Part shown: in pieces, positions 10,102 to 19,441 of the stretch
Numbering within the stretch: the stretch's first letter is position 1
Layout of the letters: each line of letters begins with the position of its first letter
Assembly (NCBI GenBank): GCA_965198225.1
Contig: CBDAOY010000006.1
Coordinates: forward strand, 832,001 to 896,000
Source of the DNA: Terriglobia bacterium
GTDB taxonomy: Bacteria; Acidobacteriota; Terriglobia; 20CM-2-55-15
Direction: 5' to 3'
Length of the DNA: 64,000 nt
Made by a program: the position numbers and the translations under genes
The notes under the pieces: generated by a model
Seen by the model: only the letters and a program-made list of their open reading frames with translations
Database searches by the model: none
What the model was told of the DNA's origin: nothing

Positions 10102-11424
10102 ATGGAAACGAAACTGGAACGAATAGCGGCGAAAGCTCGGAGTGAGCCAAAGCTCCGGTTCACGTCACTGGCGCATCATGTCACCCGAGAGCGTGTGTGG
10201 AAGAACCTGTGTCAAGTGCCCCGCAACACGGCTCCCGGATGTGATGGTCAGAGGGTACCGGAGGCGAAGGAGGAATTCGGAGTCTGGGTGGAGCCAATGC
10301 TCCAGTCTGTTCACCAGAAGGGATATCGCGCTCCGCCGATTCGGCGGGTGTATATCCCCAAGCCCGGCAAGCAGGAGAAACGTCCCCTGGGCGTGCCCTG
10401 TGTTCAAGATCGGGCCCTTCAGCGCAGCGTGGCCGAGGTATTGGTCGCCATCTACGAGCAGGACTTCTTGCCCTGTTCCTTTGGTGGCCGGCCTGGGCTG
10501 GGCGCCCACAATGCACTGGCAACCCTCCATGAGGTGATTTCCGGATGCAAGGTGAGTTGGGTGTTGGAGGCGGACTTGAAGAACTTTTTCGGGAGTTTAG
10601 ACCATGGATGGCTACTCCGCTTTGTGGAGCATCGAGTCGGAGATCCGCGGATCATCAGTCTGATACGACGATGGTTAAAGGCGGGCGTTTTCGAAGACGG
10701 GGAATTGCATTCGAACGAAGAGGGAACCCCGCAAGGTGGGTCGATCAGCGTTCTGCTGAGCAATCTGTACCTGCATTATGTGCTTGACCTGTGGTTTGAC
10801 CGGATGGTCCGGCCACGCCTGAAGGGTGAAGCGTATCTGGTGCGGTACATCGACGACTTTGTCGTGTGTTTCCAATATCGGGACGATGCGCTTCGTTTCC
10901 AGAACGTTCTGCGCAAGCGACTGGGAAAGTTTGGACTGGTTCCGGAGCCGACCAAGACGAAGCTCGTCGAATTCGGCCGCTATGCCCAGCGCGATGTCGT
11001 CCGGCGCGGGAGAAAACGTCCAGAGACGATCTATTTTCTGGGCATGACCCTGTACTGTACGCGTAATCGCAAAGGCAATTTTAGAGTGGGACTGCGAACA
11101 GAGAAGTCTCGACTTCGACGCAGTCTGGCTCATCTACGCGGCGTGATGAGGCGAATGCGTCACTTGCCGGTCCGGGAGCAAGTGCACAATCTGAACCGAG
11201 TCTTGCGCGGGCACTACGCCTACTATGGCATTGCCGGGAACCTCCGGGCTCTGCAGCACGTCGCTCGGGCCGTGGAACGTTACTGGCGCCAAATGCTCAG
11301 CAGTCGTAGTCGTGCAGGCTTCGTCCGGTGGGAAGTATTCAACCGGATTCAGCTGCACTTTCCGTTACAGCGTCCCAAGTTGGCTCTCCGCTATCGGGAG
11401 TTCCAGTCTCTCGCTGTGCTGTAA
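10102..11424 (+). CDS. ltrA: Group II intron reverse transcriptase/maturase, apparently without endonuclease domain
   Basis: IPKPGK..RPLG, SFGGRPG, EADLKNFF, GTPQGG and RYIDDF motifs plus the X-domain RGHYAYY. The stop lies just before D5. Confidence 0.95.
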   Translation: METKLERIAAKARSEPKLRFTSLAHHVTRERVWKNLCQVPRNTAPGCDGQRVPEAKEEFGVWVEPMLQSVHQKGYRAPPIRRVYIPKPGKQEKRPLGVPCVQDRALQRSVAEVLVAIYEQDFLPCSFGGRPGLGAHNALATLHEVISGCKVSWVLEADLKNFFGSLDHGWLLRFVEHRVGDPRIISLIRRWLKAGVFEDGELHSNEEGTPQGGSISVLLSNLYLHYVLDLWFDRMVRPRLKGEAYLVRYIDDFVVCFQYRDDALRFQNVLRKRLGKFGLVPEPTKTKLVEFGRYAQRDVVRRGRKRPETIYFLGMTLYCTRNRKGNFRVGLRTEKSRLRRSLAHLRGVMRRMRHLPVREQVHNLNRVLRGHYAYYGIAGNLRALQHVARAVERYWRQMLSSRSRAGFVRWEVFNRIQLHFPLQRPKLALRYREFQSLAVL

Positions 11425-11620
11425 ATCCAATTCTGAAGAGCGCAGTGCGGGAAATCCGCACGCTGCGTTCTGTGGGAGCCGGAGGCGGGCAACTGCCTCC
11501 GGCCACCCGGTGCGACTGGAAACGAAGCCACGGCGAGGAGTGAGGCACCGGAATCGGCGAAAGCCACCGGCAACAGCTACCCCCTTTGCCTACCGCCACC
11601 GCGCCAGTCGTCGACTCTAC

Positions 11621-11703
11621 ACGAAGTAACGAAGGCAACGAAGATCGGAAAAGATATTGCTATCTTCGTCTCGCTTCGTGCCCTTCGTTACTTCGTGTTA
11701 AAA
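11621..11703. repeat. Hairpin made of short ACGAAG-containing units
   Basis: ACGAAGTAACGAAGGCAACGAAG ... CTTCGTGCCCTTCGTTACTTCGTGTTAAAA inverted arms. Confidence 0.7.
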
Positions 11704-11742
11704 GAGAACGTTTGTCTTAGCGCAATGATCGGGTCAGGGCTT

Positions 11743-12795
11743 TCACTCGGGGCCCAGCAGCAGCTTTCGGTCGAGGTCGGCGACATTCCCGGCGCCCACT
11801 AGAAACATGGCGGTCCTCATTTCCCGGAACAACCGTTCGCCCGCCGCCACGACAGCGTCGGCCGATTCCCTGGCGGCGAGCAGAAACGGTCGGGCGACGG
11901 CCACGTAGTCAGCACCGAGCGCCAGCGCTTTGATGGCCTGGATCCCGTTCCGAATGCCTCCGCTGGCGACGATCCTTGCCGATCCTGTTCGGTCGGGATC
12001 GATCCTTTCCAGGATCCATCGCGTTGGCAGGCCGAAGTCGCTGAACATCTCACCGAAGGATGGATCCTGGCTCAGTCGGGCCTCGACCGCGGCCCAACTC
12101 GTTCCGTCGTTGCCTGAGACGTCGATGTAGCCGACACCAAGGCCGGCAATGGTTTCGACCAGTTCGGGGGCGATTCCACCGCCGCATTCCTTCACGTAGA
12201 CCGGTAGTGGACAGCGTTGGACAAAGTCGTCCAGGTGTGATGTGAGGTTTCTGAAGTCGGTGTCCCCACCCTCCTGGATCGATTCCTGAAGCGCGTTGAG
12301 GTGGAGTCCGAAAACATCCGGTCGGATGCGTTCGATGATCTGCGCGGCCTGGTCCCAGGCCAGACCGTAGTTGAAACTGACCAGTCCCAGGTTCGCAATC
12401 AAGGGGACCGACGGGGCAAGGTCGCGCACTTCGAAGCTGGGCACGGCCGCATCGTCCTTGACCATCACCTTCATCGATCCCAGGCCGAGAGGTACCTGTA
12501 GCCGTTCTGCCCCTGCGGCCAGGTTCGAGTTGAGCCGTTTGAACTCCTCTCCGACACCCCCGGTCATCGACGAGATGATCAACGGCGCCGCGATCGCTCG
12601 TCCGGCGAATCGGGTCTCTGTTGAAACTTCCGACAGAGCGAGTTCCGGCAGGGCGTTGTAGCGTAGCTTGAGGTCTGCAAAACTGTCGCGTCGCAGGTCC
12701 ACCGACGGGTCCAGACACACTTCGATGTGGCCCTGCTTACGTCTGTTCAGCGACTCGTTCAGGTCGGCGTTGGCCTCGCCCCCGGGGTCCGGCAT
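11743..12795 (-). CDS. fni: Type 2 isopentenyl-diphosphate delta-isomerase
   Basis: RKQGHI, SSMTGG, GLGS, HLNALQE, VKECGGG, GTSW and ASGGIRNG motifs of the FMN-dependent IDI-2 family. Confidence 0.92.
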   Translation of the reverse strand: MPDPGGEANADLNESLNRRKQGHIEVCLDPSVDLRRDSFADLKLRYNALPELALSEVSTETRFAGRAIAAPLIISSMTGGVGEEFKRLNSNLAAGAERLQVPLGLGSMKVMVKDDAAVPSFEVRDLAPSVPLIANLGLVSFNYGLAWDQAAQIIERIRPDVFGLHLNALQESIQEGGDTDFRNLTSHLDDFVQRCPLPVYVKECGGGIAPELVETIAGLGVGYIDVSGNDGTSWAAVEARLSQDPSFGEMFSDFGLPTRWILERIDPDRTGSARIVASGGIRNGIQAIKALALGADYVAVARPFLLAARESADAVVAAGERLFREMRTAMFLVGAGNVADLDRKLLLGPE

Positions 12796-12966
12796 GGGCG
12801 GTCATTCTAACACCCCATTCGAGAGACTTCCCCGGCCCCGCGTTCGGCGCCCTTGCGGTTCGGCCTCCGGCCTTTTTGGAGGCGAGGGGTCAGTTGTGGC
12901 GGATGCTGTGCTGCCTCTGCGGTAGAATTCAGGCTCCAGTCCGCCGGTAGAAGTCGAGGAGTCTTG

Positions 12967-13713
12967 ATGACTGAGAGTAACGACAGGGTATCGCCGGGTG
13001 GGGGTTCGAGCGGTATCCCTGATCGGAAACACTCCGAAGAAAAGGCCCCGTCGAGCTATCTGATCCAGGTTTCGCCACGCTTTCTCGTGACACTACTCGC
13101 GATCCTGGCGCTCACCCTCCTGCTCTGTCACGCCGCGTTGACGATTTACCACTACCAGGTCGATGAGTTGCCCTGGCTTCCCTGGCGCCAGCTCTTCGAC
13201 GTCGACGAAGAGAATAATCTGCCGACATGGTTTTCGGAGTTGCTGCTCCTTACCGCGACGGTGCTGCTGTGGTTATGCGCCGGTAAGAAGCGCCGTGATG
13301 AGGACCCGTCCTTCGGCTGGTACGTGCTGACCATCGGGTTTTTCCTGCTTGCGATCGACGAGGTCGCGGGAATCCACGAGACAATCAACAGCTTGATCGA
13401 TACGACCTGGGCGATCGGTGGCGGTTTGCTTGCTCTTGGAATTGGCCTGGGCTTCATACCGTTCCTGTGGCGGCTGCCCAGGCTAACGGCAATTCTGTTC
13501 GCCCTCGCCGGGGCAATCTATGTCGGCGGTGCGGTGGGTGTGGAGATCATCGGGGAACCACTCGACAGCGACTCGCTCCAGTACAACCTCTTAACCGTCC
13601 TGGAGGAGGGCATGGAGATGTTCGGTGTCATCTTCTTCATACACGTGCTGCTCGGCTACATGCGGGAACCTCGGGCGAACATCCTGCAGGGAGCTGTTGA
13701 GTTGACAGGGTAG
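12967..13713 (+). CDS. Multi-pass membrane protein of unknown function
   Basis: About 6 hydrophobic segments with acidic/His motifs EENNLPTWFS, DEVAGIHE and EEGMEM. Confidence 0.65.
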   Translation: MTESNDRVSPGGGSSGIPDRKHSEEKAPSSYLIQVSPRFLVTLLAILALTLLLCHAALTIYHYQVDELPWLPWRQLFDVDEENNLPTWFSELLLLTATVLLWLCAGKKRRDEDPSFGWYVLTIGFFLLAIDEVAGIHETINSLIDTTWAIGGGLLALGIGLGFIPFLWRLPRLTAILFALAGAIYVGGAVGVEIIGEPLDSDSLQYNLLTVLEEGMEMFGVIFFIHVLLGYMREPRANILQGAVELTG

Positions 13714-13770
13714 CGGATCCCGACGATCGCTTCGTTGACTTCCAGGCGTGCCCAAGCTAGCCTCTCGGTC

Positions 13771-15354
13771 ATGACACGACCATCCGCTTTGACCGCCGTT
13801 ATTCTGCTCTTGTCAGGGTGTAGCGGCCCTCCCCCGGATTCCGCCGCGATTCCTGACATCGACGGCGATGCGATCTCGGGCCACATCCAGGCCCTGGCGT
13901 CGGACGACATGGAAGGCCGCGCTCCCGGCAGCGCCGGGGAGGGGCTGGCGACCACGTACATCGCCGACTATTTTCGATCGATCGGCCTGGATACGTCTTT
14001 CCAGAACGTGCCCCTGGTCGGGACGACCGCAACGCCGACATCGCTGACCCTGCGCAAAGGCGGCGAAACCCGGACGCTCGCCTACCGCGATGAGTTTATG
14101 GCATGGACGACTCGGGAGGTTGAATCGATCGCCCTGGACCCGGCCGAGATGGTCTTCGTCGGTTACGGCACGGTTGCTCCGGAGTATGACTGGGACGACT
14201 ACGCGGGCGTCGATGTCGAAGGCAAGGTGCTCCTGATGCTGGTCGGAGATCCACCGCTCGAAGACGAAAGCATGTTTGGTGGACAGGCGATGACCTACTA
14301 CGGACGCTGGACCTACAAGTACGAGGAGGCCGCACGCCAGGGCGCCCGTGGTGCCTTCATCGTCCACGAGAACGCACCGGCCGGCTATCCCTGGGAGGTC
14401 GTCAGCGGATCCTGGTCGGGCGAACAGTTCGACATGGTCAAGGCCGACAGAGGGGCGTCCGAGACCGGAATCCAGGGCTGGATCACGCTGGAGATGGCCC
14501 TGCAGCTGGCCGAGTGGGCCGGGCATTCGTTCGATGAGCTGAAGCAGCAGGCGTTGAGTCCGGAGTTCAATCCGATACCGCTGGGCGTCGATGCGTCAGT
14601 CGAGATCGAAAACACGTTGAGGCATGTGGATTCGAAGAACGTCGTTGGCGTGCTCGCCGGCGAGACTGATGAGTACGTCGTCTTTTCCTCGCACTGGGAC
14701 CACATCGGAAGAGATGGCTCGATTGAGGGAGACCAGATCTACAACGGCGCCGTCGACAATGCATCCGGGATTGCCACGATGCTTGAAATCGCCCGTGCCT
14801 TCACCGCGCTGCCGGACAGGACGCGTCGGACATTGGTGTTCCTCGCCGTGACCGCCGAGGAGCAGGGTCTGCTGGGGTCGAAGTACTACGCCGAGAACCC
14901 GCTGTTCCCGCTGGAGCGGACCGTCGCCAACATCAATATTGATGGCGCGAACGTCTATGGCGCGACCGACAAGATCATCGTGATCGGCTACGGCTACACG
15001 TCGCTGGAGGACCACCTGAGGCGGATCGCGTCCGAGCAGGGGAGGGCGGTCGTTCCGGATCCGGAATCAGAAAAGGGTTTCTACTACCGTTCGGACCAGT
15101 TCAATTTCGCCAAGAAAGGCGTTCCCGCTCTCTATATTGACAGCACCAACCTTGAGGACAGCAACCGCTACACCGCCGAGCGTTATCACAAGCCCTCGGA
15201 TGAATTCGATCCCACCTGGAATTTCGACGGAGCCGTTGCGGACGCTGTGGCCCTGTTTAGTGTGGCCCTGGAGGTCGCCGATGCGGACGACTGGCCGGAA
15301 TGGATGCCGGGCACCGAATTCAAAGCGGTTCGAGACGAAATGCTCAACCGGTGA
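13771..15354 (+). CDS. M28 family metallopeptidase with PA domain, lipoprotein
   Basis: LLLSGC lipobox, SHWDH, NGAVDNASG, AEEQGLLGS, RSDQ and YHKPSD motifs. Confidence 0.9.
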   Translation: MTRPSALTAVILLLSGCSGPPPDSAAIPDIDGDAISGHIQALASDDMEGRAPGSAGEGLATTYIADYFRSIGLDTSFQNVPLVGTTATPTSLTLRKGGETRTLAYRDEFMAWTTREVESIALDPAEMVFVGYGTVAPEYDWDDYAGVDVEGKVLLMLVGDPPLEDESMFGGQAMTYYGRWTYKYEEAARQGARGAFIVHENAPAGYPWEVVSGSWSGEQFDMVKADRGASETGIQGWITLEMALQLAEWAGHSFDELKQQALSPEFNPIPLGVDASVEIENTLRHVDSKNVVGVLAGETDEYVVFSSHWDHIGRDGSIEGDQIYNGAVDNASGIATMLEIARAFTALPDRTRRTLVFLAVTAEEQGLLGSKYYAENPLFPLERTVANINIDGANVYGATDKIIVIGYGYTSLEDHLRRIASEQGRAVVPDPESEKGFYYRSDQFNFAKKGVPALYIDSTNLEDSNRYTAERYHKPSDEFDPTWNFDGAVADAVALFSVALEVADADDWPEWMPGTEFKAVRDEMLNR

Positions 15355-15368
15355 CACGTGAGGTAGGC

Positions 15369-16250
15369 ATGCCACACAGGCTCCTCCCGATAGTTCTTGC
15401 TCTGGTTCTCCCCACGTTTCTCTGCGCACAGGACGGGCCGAAGAAGATCTTCATTTCTGTCGACATGGAGGGCATCACCGGCGTCGTCAGTTCCCAGCAA
15501 AGCGGATCAAGCGGGCGCGACTACCCCACGTTCCGCCGGATCATGACTGAGGAGGTGAATGCCGCCATCGGAGCCGCGCTACGGATGGGAGCGGAAACGA
15601 TCCTTGTTTGCGACGCTCATGGCAACAAGCAGAACATCCTGCCGGAGTTGCTCCATCCCGCGGCCCGCCTCGTCCGGGGAGATCCCCGGCCCCTGGGCAT
15701 GATGCAGGGCCTGGATGAAACGTTCGATGCCGCGATGTTCATCGGGTACCACGCTTGGGCCGGAACGTCCGATGCCGTCCTCGATCACACGATGAACGGT
15801 CGAATCCACGATCTGAGGCTGGATGGCAACCAGATGTCGGAAGGCACGTTCAACGCAGCTCTCGCCGGGTCACTTGGAGTGCCCGTGATTTTCGTTTCCG
15901 GCGACCGTGCGGCGGTGGAACAGATTCGGGAGTTTGTCGGGGATGTCGAGTCGGCCATCGTCAAAGAGGGCGTCGAACAGGCGACGATTTCCGTGTCTCC
16001 CCGCAGAGCGCTCGAGATGATCGACGAGTCGGTCGAACGGGCCATGCGCCGCTATTCGGATTTCAGACCCTATTCTGCCAGCACTCCTCACAGCGTCGAA
16101 ATCGATTTCTCGACGGAAGCCCAGGCCGGGATGGCGTCATGGGTTCCGTCGGTAAGCCGCGTGAATCCGCGCTCGATCCGGTTCACCGCAGACGACATGC
16201 TGGATGCGATGAGGATGACACGGCTGCTGGCGATCTACGTGAGCCCCTGA
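15369..16250 (+). CDS. M55 family D-aminopeptidase (DppA-like) with signal peptide
   Basis: FISVDMEG, DAHG, IGYHA, DHT and SGD motifs. Confidence 0.9.
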   Translation: MPHRLLPIVLALVLPTFLCAQDGPKKIFISVDMEGITGVVSSQQSGSSGRDYPTFRRIMTEEVNAAIGAALRMGAETILVCDAHGNKQNILPELLHPAARLVRGDPRPLGMMQGLDETFDAAMFIGYHAWAGTSDAVLDHTMNGRIHDLRLDGNQMSEGTFNAALAGSLGVPVIFVSGDRAAVEQIREFVGDVESAIVKEGVEQATISVSPRRALEMIDESVERAMRRYSDFRPYSASTPHSVEIDFSTEAQAGMASWVPSVSRVNPRSIRFTADDMLDAMRMTRLLAIYVSP

Positions 16251-16285
16251 GCGCGGGGAGAGCGCGGTCATAGACGCACGATTGT

Positions 16286-18685
16286 CTATTCCCTCGGGTT
16301 GTGCGTGTACACCAACGACATGATCCGCCATTCTCCGTCCTTCTTCACCAGGTGGAAAGCATCGACGCCGTCGGCGACGTAGTCGCCGACCGTCACGGTG
16401 TAGCGGGTCCAGACCGCGGCGATGTTGTCGTCGATCTGGATCATCGGGTTCGACATCTCTTCGTTGATCCGGCCTTCGCCGTCGGCCAGGCCCTCGGCCC
16501 ACTCCTCGACCAGGATGAAGTCCTGGTTGCGGCCGTCGTCCCCCTCCCGGTCGGAAACCAGCATGGCGCCGGGCCAGAACAGGGTCTTCATGCCCTCGCC
16601 GTCACGTTCGGCCAGGTAATCGAAGACACCTTGGACGACGTCGAGTACCTGTTCGCGGTCGGTCCGGGTGTCGGCCACCTCGGTTCCCAGAACGTTCTCC
16701 GAGAAGAACGCATACTCCCTGCGCATTTTGTCGAGTTGATGCCGGGGCTCGCGGAGCCCGTGCGGTTCCCTGGGATACCAGACCATTTGTACCGGCACGT
16801 CGTTCTTTTTCAGCCCCATGTAGAGCTCCTGAGCCTGGCTCTTGGGCACGCGTTGGTCCTGCTCACCGTGCATGATCAGTGTCGGTGTCTTCGCCTGTTT
16901 GATGAAGGTCATTGCCGAGGCCTTTCGGTACTCCGCCTCATCATCGAACGGCGTGTCCCCAAAATAGCCTTCCAGTAACCGCTGCAGGTCGTTCGTCGAG
17001 TACATGCTGAACATGTTCGTCAGGCCGGCGCCGACCATCACGGCCTTGAATCGGTCGGTCTGCGTCAGCGTCCAGGCTGTCATGTAGCCACCGTAGCTCC
17101 ACCCGGTCTGGCCCATGCGGTCGGAATCGACGACACCTCGCCGGATCAGTTCATCCAGCCCGGACTGTACATCTTCGTAGTCCCCACCACCCCAGTCCTT
17201 GAGGTTTGACATCTGGAACTCTTCACCGTAGCTGGAACTGCCGCGTGGATTCGGCAGCAGCGTGACCCAGTCGTTGCCTGCCCACACATGAGCGTAGTTG
17301 CCCCAACGCCCTGGGAAGCTCTGGGTCCACACGCCGGACGGGCCGCCGTGAACGTTCATCAATACGGGGTATGTCTTTTCCGGATCGTAGTCGACGGGGT
17401 AGATGATTACCCCTTCGATCTCGCGCCCGTCTTTGCTCCTCCAGCGAATGACTTCGCTCTCACCCATGGCGATGTCCTCGAGCTGCGGGTTGTGGTCTGT
17501 CACCCTGGCCGGGTCGAAACTGGGTAGAGAAGCCACGAACACATCATTGGGGTGCTGCACGTCGGTTCGAGCGAAGGCGAACGTCTTGCCGTCAGCCGAC
17601 ACCGAATAGCCGGAGACGACCCCGGCATGGTCGGTGACCTGGGTGACATCGCCGCCGGATGCAGGCGCCCTGAAGATCTGGCGTGTCGTGCCCTGCCCGG
17701 CCTGGAAGTACATCGTGTCGCCGTCAGCCGAGAAACGGATATTGTTTACCGGTCTATCGAAGTCCGGTACCAGCGATCGGGGTTGGCCCCCCCCTTCGGG
17801 GATGGCATGGAGCCGCGAGAACCCCACCGGTCCTTGGCTCGCCGGGCGGGTGCTGAAGAGGATCGTCCCGCCGTCGGCGGACCATACCGGCCCGGTATCG
17901 GAACCTTCGTTCTCATACAGCTTTCGCGGCGTACCGGAGCCGTCTGCGCGCGCCACGTAGATGTCGCTGAGGCTGCTGTCGTCGGCCCTTGGCGTCGGAC
18001 GCCGGGAATACGCGATCTGCGTTCCGTCGGGCGACCATGCCGGTTGGCCCACGACGAAATCGCCCCGTACGATTTCTTCCGGGCGTCTCGACTCGATATC
18101 AATGACGTGGAGGCTCGAGTAACGAAAGTCTTCGTCGATGACCTTTGCGTCGTCGCGGTCCCTCCGCTTCTTTTCCTCTTCGTCGGTGAACGGAACCTGC
18201 GCTGTGTAAACGATCCGGGTCGAATCACCGGACCAGGCGAAGCCTCCGGCGCCGGACTTCGAGTCCGTCAGCTTCATCGCCTCTCCGCCATGAGGCGAGA
18301 TCAGGTAGATCTGCGGGCGGTTGCGGTCTTCGATGTCGCCGCCGGTCGGAGTCCCCCGATCCGTCTCCCGGTTCGAGATGAATGCGATCCACTTGCCGTC
18401 CGGGGACCATCGGGGCCTCCGGTCATTATCGCCGGAGGTAAACCGGCGCGCGTTGGTTCCGTCTGCGGAGACGAGCCAGATTTCCGAACGCGTCTCGTTG
18501 TCGTCCATGACCGCGTACGAAAGTGTGTAGACGATGCTCTTACCGTCTGGCGATATCTGCGGTGAGCCGACGTTCTTTGTCTCCATGACGTCTTCGAACG
18601 TCATCGGCCGTTTGTCCTGGGCCACACCGAACACGGTGGCCAGCAGAATCACTGAAGTTGCCAAAGCCGCAGTACGCCTTTTCAT
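16286..18685 (-). CDS. S9 family (acylaminoacyl/dipeptidyl) peptidase with C-terminal NTF2-like extension
   Basis: Signal peptide, WSPDG propeller repeats, VHGGP, GWSYGG, HGEQDQRV and EPHG motifs. About 125 extra residues end in GVDAFHLVKKDGEWRI. Confidence 0.9.
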   Translation of the reverse strand: MKRRTAALATSVILLATVFGVAQDKRPMTFEDVMETKNVGSPQISPDGKSIVYTLSYAVMDDNETRSEIWLVSADGTNARRFTSGDNDRRPRWSPDGKWIAFISNRETDRGTPTGGDIEDRNRPQIYLISPHGGEAMKLTDSKSGAGGFAWSGDSTRIVYTAQVPFTDEEEKKRRDRDDAKVIDEDFRYSSLHVIDIESRRPEEIVRGDFVVGQPAWSPDGTQIAYSRRPTPRADDSSLSDIYVARADGSGTPRKLYENEGSDTGPVWSADGGTILFSTRPASQGPVGFSRLHAIPEGGGQPRSLVPDFDRPVNNIRFSADGDTMYFQAGQGTTRQIFRAPASGGDVTQVTDHAGVVSGYSVSADGKTFAFARTDVQHPNDVFVASLPSFDPARVTDHNPQLEDIAMGESEVIRWRSKDGREIEGVIIYPVDYDPEKTYPVLMNVHGGPSGVWTQSFPGRWGNYAHVWAGNDWVTLLPNPRGSSSYGEEFQMSNLKDWGGGDYEDVQSGLDELIRRGVVDSDRMGQTGWSYGGYMTAWTLTQTDRFKAVMVGAGLTNMFSMYSTNDLQRLLEGYFGDTPFDDEAEYRKASAMTFIKQAKTPTLIMHGEQDQRVPKSQAQELYMGLKKNDVPVQMVWYPREPHGLREPRHQLDKMRREYAFFSENVLGTEVADTRTDREQVLDVVQGVFDYLAERDGEGMKTLFWPGAMLVSDREGDDGRNQDFILVEEWAEGLADGEGRINEEMSNPMIQIDDNIAAVWTRYTVTVGDYVADGVDAFHLVKKDGEWRIMSLVYTHNPRE

Positions 18686-18719
18686 GATTCCTGTCTCCTC
18701 TTTGTGGGTCCGATTTCAA

Positions 18720-19208
18720 TCAATCTTCGGACTCGGCTTCGGGGCCCACGAGTCGGGTCTGAACGTTGATCTCCGACTTCAAAGTCCTGTGAACCGGGCA
18801 CTTGTTGGCAATCTCCAACAGCCGGTCTCGTTGCTCGTCGCTAAGTGGCCCTCCGAGTTCGATCGCCCGTTCTATCCGGTCGACTTTCCCCTCTTTCGTC
18901 TCGCAATCGTCGCAGTCGCCCGCGTGTATCTTTCCATGCCGGAGCACGACCGTGATGCTCTCCAGGGGCCATTGCTTGCGCTTGGCGTACATCGTCAGGG
19001 TTATCGATGTGCACGCTCCGAGTGCTGACGCGAGGAGGTCATAGGGCGTGGGGCCGGAGTCGGTTCCTTCAGGCGCGGGTTCGTCGGCTGTCAGTCGGTG
19101 CGAACCCACGATAATCTGGTTCGCCAAGCCGGCGCCTTCGCGCCGCACCATCACGATTCCGGGGTCACTGGTGGTCACCTGTTGTCGGTTCTCGTCCACT
19201 TTGCTCAT
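18720..19208 (-). CDS. OsmC family protein
   Basis: [16 protein letters not shown] and KCPVHRTL Cys motifs. GGAGGAG RBS. Confidence 0.9.
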   Translation of the reverse strand: MSKVDENRQQVTTSDPGIVMVRREGAGLANQIIVGSHRLTADEPAPEGTDSGPTPYDLLASALGACTSITLTMYAKRKQWPLESITVVLRHGKIHAGDCDDCETKEGKVDRIERAIELGGPLSDEQRDRLLEIANKCPVHRTLKSEINVQTRLVGPEAESED

Positions 19209-19441
19209 CGACACTCCTCCATTGAGGCACGAATTCTGGGGGCCTGGCGTTGGACGATCTTATACCAGATGGATCGACTCTAAACACAAGAAATCAGAGC
19301 GTCAGGGCTCTCCCGATGCACGCGCCAGATACCCATCGGGCGGGTGATATAATTGGCGCGTCGGCTCGCGGGAAACAGTTGGCCGATCGGTCCCCTTGAG
19401 GTGATCGGGAGCTGATGATCAGTCGTTCCGGAGGACACGCG

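Larger units (their letters stand above)
7762..11511 (+). mobile_element. Group II intron 2 (RT-encoding), inserted in intron 1 and interrupted in its own domain III
   Basis: Starts TTGCG. EBS1 CGCTC (7960-7964) pairs with the exon GAGCG. Domain III is split CTGGCTGATAGT(8162)/ACTCCGAGG(9976). D5 is at about 11438-11470, and D6 ends CCACCCGGT. Confidence 0.88.
6810..11620 (+). mobile_element. Group II intron 1 (outermost; internally deleted; interrupted in D6)
   Basis: Starts GTGCG at 6810. EBS1 GTTGAAA (7029-7035) pairs with the 5' exon TTTCAAT. D5 is at about 7721-7753. D6 is split: GATGAGCG (7761) resumes GCGACTGG (11512), pairs with CCAGTCGT and ends GACTCTAC at 11620. Confidence 0.88.

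Noticed and set aside
8081-10126. Long ORFs with internal repeats (8081-9232, 9058-10095 and others)
   Set aside because: They are translations of duplicated structured intron RNA and have no protein motifs.
10102-11424. RT as a retron, DGR or defence-associated RT
   Set aside because: It has group II intron RT and X-domain motifs and sits in domain IV directly before D5/D6. No template/variable repeat pair was seen.
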